A stretch of 64,000 nt of DNA from an uncultured Spirochaetota bacterium (GTDB lineage: Bacteria; Spirochaetota; Spirochaetia; SZUA-6; Fen-1364): positions 1,152,001-1,216,000 of the forward strand of contig CAWGAA010000001.1 in the NCBI GenBank assembly GCA_963820525.1, read 5' to 3'. The notes under the pieces are model-generated. The model made no database searches. It saw only the letters and a list, made by a program, of their open reading frames with translations, and was not told where the DNA came from. The position numbers were made by a program, and so were the translations under genes. The stretch's first letter is position 1, and every line of letters starts with the position of its first letter. Shown here one piece after another: positions 59,764 through 64,000 of this stretch.

Positions 59764-61566
59764 TCACGCGTCGAGCACGTCACGGACCTTGGCAGCGAGA
59801 GCGCTGGGCATGAAAGGCTTGGAGATGAACTCGCCTCCGGCGGCGAGGATTCCATGCCGAAGGACCGCATCGTCCGTGTAGCCCGACATGTAGAGGACCT
59901 TCATGTTCGGGCGCAGGGGAGCGAGCTCTTCGGCGAGCTCCCGCCCATCCACGGCTTCCAGCACGTTGTAGCCTTTCGCGCGGAGAGTCGATTTGGCCAG
60001 AGACCGGACCATGTCATTGTCCTCGACAAGCAGGATGGTTTCCGTGCCGCCGCGGGAAGCGATGGGAGCCTGGAGAGCTGCCGGGGATTCCGCTTCCGCC
60101 TGGATCGCGGGCAGGTAGATCTTGAACGTGGTGCCGCGGCCGGGCTCGCTGTAGGCCAGAATCTCCCCGCCGCTCTGTTTCACGATTCCATAGGAGGTGG
60201 CCAACCCGAGGCCGGTCCCCTTCCCCGGCTCTTTCGTGGAGAAGAAGGGCTCGAATATATGGGCTTGGACCCGCGCGTCCATCCCCCTGCCGTTGTCCGA
60301 GAAAGTCAGAAGCACGCACGGGCCCAGGGGGACTCCGAAGTGGCTGCGGCCGTACGCCTCGTCGAGGTCCACGTTGCGGGTTTCCACCGTGAGCACCCCG
60401 CCCGTGGGCATCGCATCCCGCGCGTTGACAACGAAGTTCATGATCACCTGCTCGATCTGGCCGGGATCCGCGAAGACCGAGCGCAGCCCGCTTTCGAGGA
60501 TGGTGGACAGGGTGATGTCCTCTCCAATGATCCGCTCCAGCATCTTCTGAAGGTTGGAAACCAGGTCATTGAGGCTGACAAGCCGGGGGGCAAGGATCTG
60601 TTTTCTGCTGAAGGCAAGCAGCTGGCTCGTGAGCGCGGCCGCCTTCTGTTCCGCGGCCATCACCTGATCCAGGTCCTTGTCGAGGGGGGCGCCGGGAGGG
60701 GTCTTCTCCTTCATGATCTCGCAGTACCCTCTGATCACGGTGAGCAGATTGTTGAAGTCGTGGGCCACCCCGCCGGCCAGCCGCCCGATGCTCTCCATCT
60801 TTTGAGCCTGCCGCAGCTGCTCCTCGAGCTTCGCCCGGGTCTCCTCGGCGCGCCTGCGCTCCGTTATGTCGCGGCTCACCCCGACCGCGCCGATGGGCCT
60901 GCCGTCTTCGGCGCGAAGGAGCGAGATCGAGGACTGGACAAAAAGCACGGCATTGTCCCTGCGGATCTCCCGCAATTCGCCGCTCCAGTTTCCCTGCTCG
61001 AGGATCTGCCGGTGCCGCTCCGCTCTGCGGCCCGAGTCGTCGTCGAGCGCTCCCAGGATATCCCGCGTCGCCTTGCCGACCACCTCCTCCGCCTTCCACC
61101 CATAGATCTTTTCCGCCGCCTTGTTCCAGCTCCTGATAACGAAGCTCAGATCCGTGGCGATGATCGCGTCGGAGACGTTATCGAGGAGACTGGCCTGGTA
61201 CTGCGACGAGAACGAGCCGTCGCGATTGACCCCGACGCCGTAGGAAATACGCGCCGGAGAACCGCCCGTTTTTGCCCAATCGAGCGCCCCTTCCTTGTCC
61301 ATGCCTTCGGCAAGAACGAAAAAAGGGATATGCGGCAAGCGCTCCCGGACAAGGCCCAACGCTTCCCGCCAGTCGAACTGCGGTATCGGGTGATTGCAGA
61401 ATATGAGAGCGGGCGCGAACTCCTCCAGCGCCGCAAGGAGCCCGGCGCGCGAGCCCGTGCGAAGCACATCGGCGTTCGTGGAGAGCAGGGCGGAGATTTC
61501 CCCATCCCCGATGGAAGACCTTGTGGATGCGTCCGCGATGATCAAGACGCGAATTCGTCCAGGCAT
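59764..61566 (-). CDS. Hybrid kinase: degenerate REC, PAS, HisKA/HATPase, internally deleted REC
   Basis: GGVAHDFNNLL, GKGTGLGL; C-terminal REC reads LEAVDGRELAEEL with no phosphoacceptor strand. Confidence 0.8.
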   Translation of the reverse strand: MPGRIRVLIIADASTRSSIGDGEISALLSTNADVLRTGSRAGLLAALEEFAPALIFCNHPIPQFDWREALGLVRERLPHIPFFVLAEGMDKEGALDWAKTGGSPARISYGVGVNRDGSFSSQYQASLLDNVSDAIIATDLSFVIRSWNKAAEKIYGWKAEEVVGKATRDILGALDDDSGRRAERHRQILEQGNWSGELREIRRDNAVLFVQSSISLLRAEDGRPIGAVGVSRDITERRRAEETRAKLEEQLRQAQKMESIGRLAGGVAHDFNNLLTVIRGYCEIMKEKTPPGAPLDKDLDQVMAAEQKAAALTSQLLAFSRKQILAPRLVSLNDLVSNLQKMLERIIGEDITLSTILESGLRSVFADPGQIEQVIMNFVVNARDAMPTGGVLTVETRNVDLDEAYGRSHFGVPLGPCVLLTFSDNGRGMDARVQAHIFEPFFSTKEPGKGTGLGLATSYGIVKQSGGEILAYSEPGRGTTFKIYLPAIQAEAESPAALQAPIASRGGTETILLVEDNDMVRSLAKSTLRAKGYNVLEAVDGRELAEELAPLRPNMKVLYMSGYTDDAVLRHGILAAGGEFISKPFMPSALAAKVRDVLDA

Positions 61567-61657
61567 CCACGCAAAGGATATCCCAAGCCCGCCGTTCTCA
61601 CAACCCGGCGGATGCGTCTCGAAAGCCGGGAGTCGGATAAACTCTAGGGAGCGAGCC

Positions 61658-62671
61658 TCACTTGATCCGTTTGCCCACCAGCGTCTGAATCGACACCGAG
61701 ACGACGATGATGAGCCCGTAGATGAGGTTCGACCAGAACCCGCTGATGTTCGAGGCAATGATCCCCGCGTTGATGGCCCCGATGATGTAGGAGGCCACGA
61801 AGGTGCCGAAGATTGTGCCCGCCCCTCCGAACACCGAGGTGCCGCCCAGGAACACCGATGCCAGAGTGGAGAGGAGGTAGCCTTCTCCCATGGTGGGCCA
61901 GAAGAACAGCAGGTCCTCGCTCACCAGAAAGCCGGCGAAGGCGGCCGCGAAACCCACGATGCAGAAGGTCAGGATCTTCGTCCTGTCCACGTTCACGCCC
62001 ATGAGGCGCGCGCTCTCCAGGTTGTCTCCCGTGAGGTAGACGTGGGCCCCGAAGCGGTGGCGGTTCAGGAAGAACCACACCACCACGGCGAAAAAAATGG
62101 TCCAGAGAAACTGCGCCGGGATGACTCCCCAGATCCGCCACACAAGCGCCTTGTACAGGAACGTGTCCTGCACCATCGTCATTCCCATCCCCTGGGCGTT
62201 GGTGAGCACCATCACGGCGCCCCGCCAGAAAAACTGCGTGCCGATGGTGGCAACCAGTGAGGGGACGCCGATCTTCACGATGATCAGCCCGTTGGCAAGG
62301 CCCGCCGCGACCCCTGCCGCCAGGCAGGCGACGAAGCCCAGCCCCACGCTGCCCGTGGCCTGGAACACCAGGTCGAAGGCCGTCATTCCGAACGCCATCA
62401 CCGAGGGGAAGGAGAGGTCGATCTCCCCAGTGATCACGATCAGGGTGATAGGGATGGCCATCAGGGCGAAGTACGGCGTGGTGGACATGTAGGCCACGTA
62501 GATATTCTTGGACAGGAAGGTGATGGGAGAGCCGATGAGGAACAAAAGCCAGATGAACACCGCCACTCCCACGATGCCTACCTGGATCGAGTAGGTCCTC
62601 AAGAATCGCCTCAGCGGGCTTCTCTTCGCCGCGGGGGATACGGGCCTGTCGGTCTCGTTGATGGTGCTCAT
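61658..62671 (-). CDS. Sugar ABC transporter permease (RbsC family)
   Basis: GEIDLS, GDNLESARLMGV, VFLGGTSVFGG. Confidence 0.92.
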   Translation of the reverse strand: MSTINETDRPVSPAAKRSPLRRFLRTYSIQVGIVGVAVFIWLLFLIGSPITFLSKNIYVAYMSTTPYFALMAIPITLIVITGEIDLSFPSVMAFGMTAFDLVFQATGSVGLGFVACLAAGVAAGLANGLIIVKIGVPSLVATIGTQFFWRGAVMVLTNAQGMGMTMVQDTFLYKALVWRIWGVIPAQFLWTIFFAVVVWFFLNRHRFGAHVYLTGDNLESARLMGVNVDRTKILTFCIVGFAAAFAGFLVSEDLLFFWPTMGEGYLLSTLASVFLGGTSVFGGAGTIFGTFVASYIIGAINAGIIASNISGFWSNLIYGLIIVVSVSIQTLVGKRIK

Positions 62672-63450
62672 TGCGCGCTCCTGTGATTGTTGGAAAGACT
62701 TCCGGTCTGGGCAACCAGATACAACCTGTCGATGAGCTGCTGGAGGGTGAGCTCGTTCTTCATGAACTGACCCGCCACCGTTCCCCGGTCCATCACCACG
62801 ATCCTGTCCGCCACCGGATACACGTGGAAGATGTTGTGGTCTATGAAGATGGCGCTCTTTCCCGCCGCCTTGATCCCCGAGACAAACTCCAGGCACTTCT
62901 TGGTCTCCGAGAGCGAAAGCCCCATGGTGGGCTCGTCCAGGATGATGAGCTCCGCCTTGAAGTACAGCGCCCGCGTGATGGCCACCCCCTGCCTCTCCCC
63001 TCCGGAGAAGGTGCGCACCACGGATTCCGGGGTCACCGCCGAGGAGGTGAAGCCCATGAGGGTGCCCATGAGCTTTCGGGTCTCCTGCCTCATGGCGGCG
63101 AGGTCCAGCATCCCCCAGCTGTTGGACACCTCGCGGCCCATGAAGATGTTCCTCCACAGCGACTGCTTGTCGGCCAGGGCGCGCTCCTGGTAGACGACCT
63201 CGATGCCGAGGTCCCTCGCCTTGGCAACGCTCAAGTGCTCCATTTTCTTGTCCTTGATGAACATTTCGCCGCCGGGGTCCGGCTGGTGATAGCCGGTGAG
63301 GATCTTCACCAGCGTGGACTTGCCCGCCCCATTGTCGCCCAGAAGCCCGACGATCTCGTTGGCGCCAACGTGGAAATTGACGCCGTGCAGAGCAGACACC
63401 TCACCGAAGGTCTTGGATACGTTGGCGAGTCTTACGAAATGCTCCATCAT
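62668..63450 (-). CDS. Sugar ABC transporter ATP-binding protein (single NBD)
   Basis: GDNGAGKS, FSGGERQ, ILDEPT. Confidence 0.92.
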   Translation of the reverse strand: MMEHFVRLANVSKTFGEVSALHGVNFHVGANEIVGLLGDNGAGKSTLVKILTGYHQPDPGGEMFIKDKKMEHLSVAKARDLGIEVVYQERALADKQSLWRNIFMGREVSNSWGMLDLAAMRQETRKLMGTLMGFTSSAVTPESVVRTFSGGERQGVAITRALYFKAELIILDEPTMGLSLSETKKCLEFVSGIKAAGKSAIFIDHNIFHVYPVADRIVVMDRGTVAGQFMKNELTLQQLIDRLYLVAQTGSLSNNHRSAQ

Positions 63451-63469
63451 GCCACCCCTGTTTCAAAGT

Positions 63470-63497
63470 CGGCGCGGGGAAGCTCTTCCCCGCGCCG
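63470..63497. other. Intercistronic hairpin downstream of the SBP gene
   Basis: CGGCGCGGGGAAG-CT-CTTCCCCGCGCCG. Confidence 0.55.
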
Positions 63498-63556
63498 GAT
63501 GCTCGCGTGAGCTGGAAGCCTTCGGCACGCTGGGCGGGCCGAAGGCGCTCGAAAAG

Positions 63557-64000
63557 CTATCTGATGTTCTTCGCCGCCAGAGGAGCCACCACATCGACGT
63601 TGCTCTTGTCGACGAACCCGGCTCCCGTGTTGATGTACAGACCCGAGAACCCGTAGACCTTGGTCAGGCAGATCTGCAGGACGGGCAGGTAGCCCTGCAG
63701 CCACTCCTGCTGATCGATGACCAGTCCCGTCCACCCGCCCTTGATGGCAGTGATCGTGGCCGGGGAAAGATCGAATCCCGCAACGTTGACCTGACCGGGG
63801 GCCTTTCCGGCCGCCTTGAGGTAGGTCTCCGCGGTGGCGGTGAGGCCGCCGTGGTCGGTCACAACCAGCTTCACGTCCGGGTGGGAGGAGACGTAGCCGG
63901 CGAAGGTGGGGGTTCCCGCCGCGGGATCCGCGTTGGTGGGCGGGTCGATCTCCAGGTAGTCCACCGTCAGCCCCGCTTCCTTGAGCGCGTCGATGACGCC
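63557..64000 (-). CDS. Sugar ABC substrate-binding protein (partial, start outside window)
   Basis: VAGFDLSP..IDQQEWLQGY..INTG C-terminal motifs. Confidence 0.88.
   Translation of the reverse strand, partial: GVIDALKEAGLTVDYLEIDPPTNADPAAGTPTFAGYVSSHPDVKLVVTDHGGLTATAETYLKAAGKAPGQVNVAGFDLSPATITAIKGGWTGLVIDQQEWLQGYLPVLQICLTKVYGFSGLYINTGAGFVDKSNVDVVAPLAAKNIR

Overview
GC-rich bacterial chromosomal window with about 55 protein-coding genes. I recognised no rRNA, tRNA, CRISPR array or intact IS/prophage. A class I lysyl-tRNA synthetase plus several cytoplasmic LacI-type sensor kinases would fit a free-living anaerobe such as Spirochaetia, but this is inference only. Contents in order: PotABCD-like ABC transporter; solo tyrosine recombinase preceded by a dif-like site; SPFH protein; DEAD-box helicase; LacI-sensor/HK/REC/GGDEF protein; PAS hybrid kinase; orphan CbbQ/NorQ-CbbO/NorD pair; AlaX; Tat-type DUF362 protein plus polyferredoxin divergent from nikR-nik(MN)QO; a coupled operon (REC-Grx-TrxR-like flavoprotein, cNMP-binding histidine kinase, Cys4 adenylyl cyclase, internally deleted cyclase); DMT transporters; two aldo/keto reductases; ALDH; msrB; ECF sigma/anti-sigma; lysS; paralogous kinases; a DPSL/cyt-b5/Crp/arsC/chrA stress cluster; a sugar ABC transporter. 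The best candidate for an undescribed system is the cyclase / cNMP-kinase / phospho-regulated flavoenzyme operon at 27.8-32.5 kb. Window-wide patterns: many abrupt gene remnants or internal deletions, several apparently leaderless genes, and four frameshifts that may be sequencing errors. All family calls come from reading motifs by eye, not from database searches.
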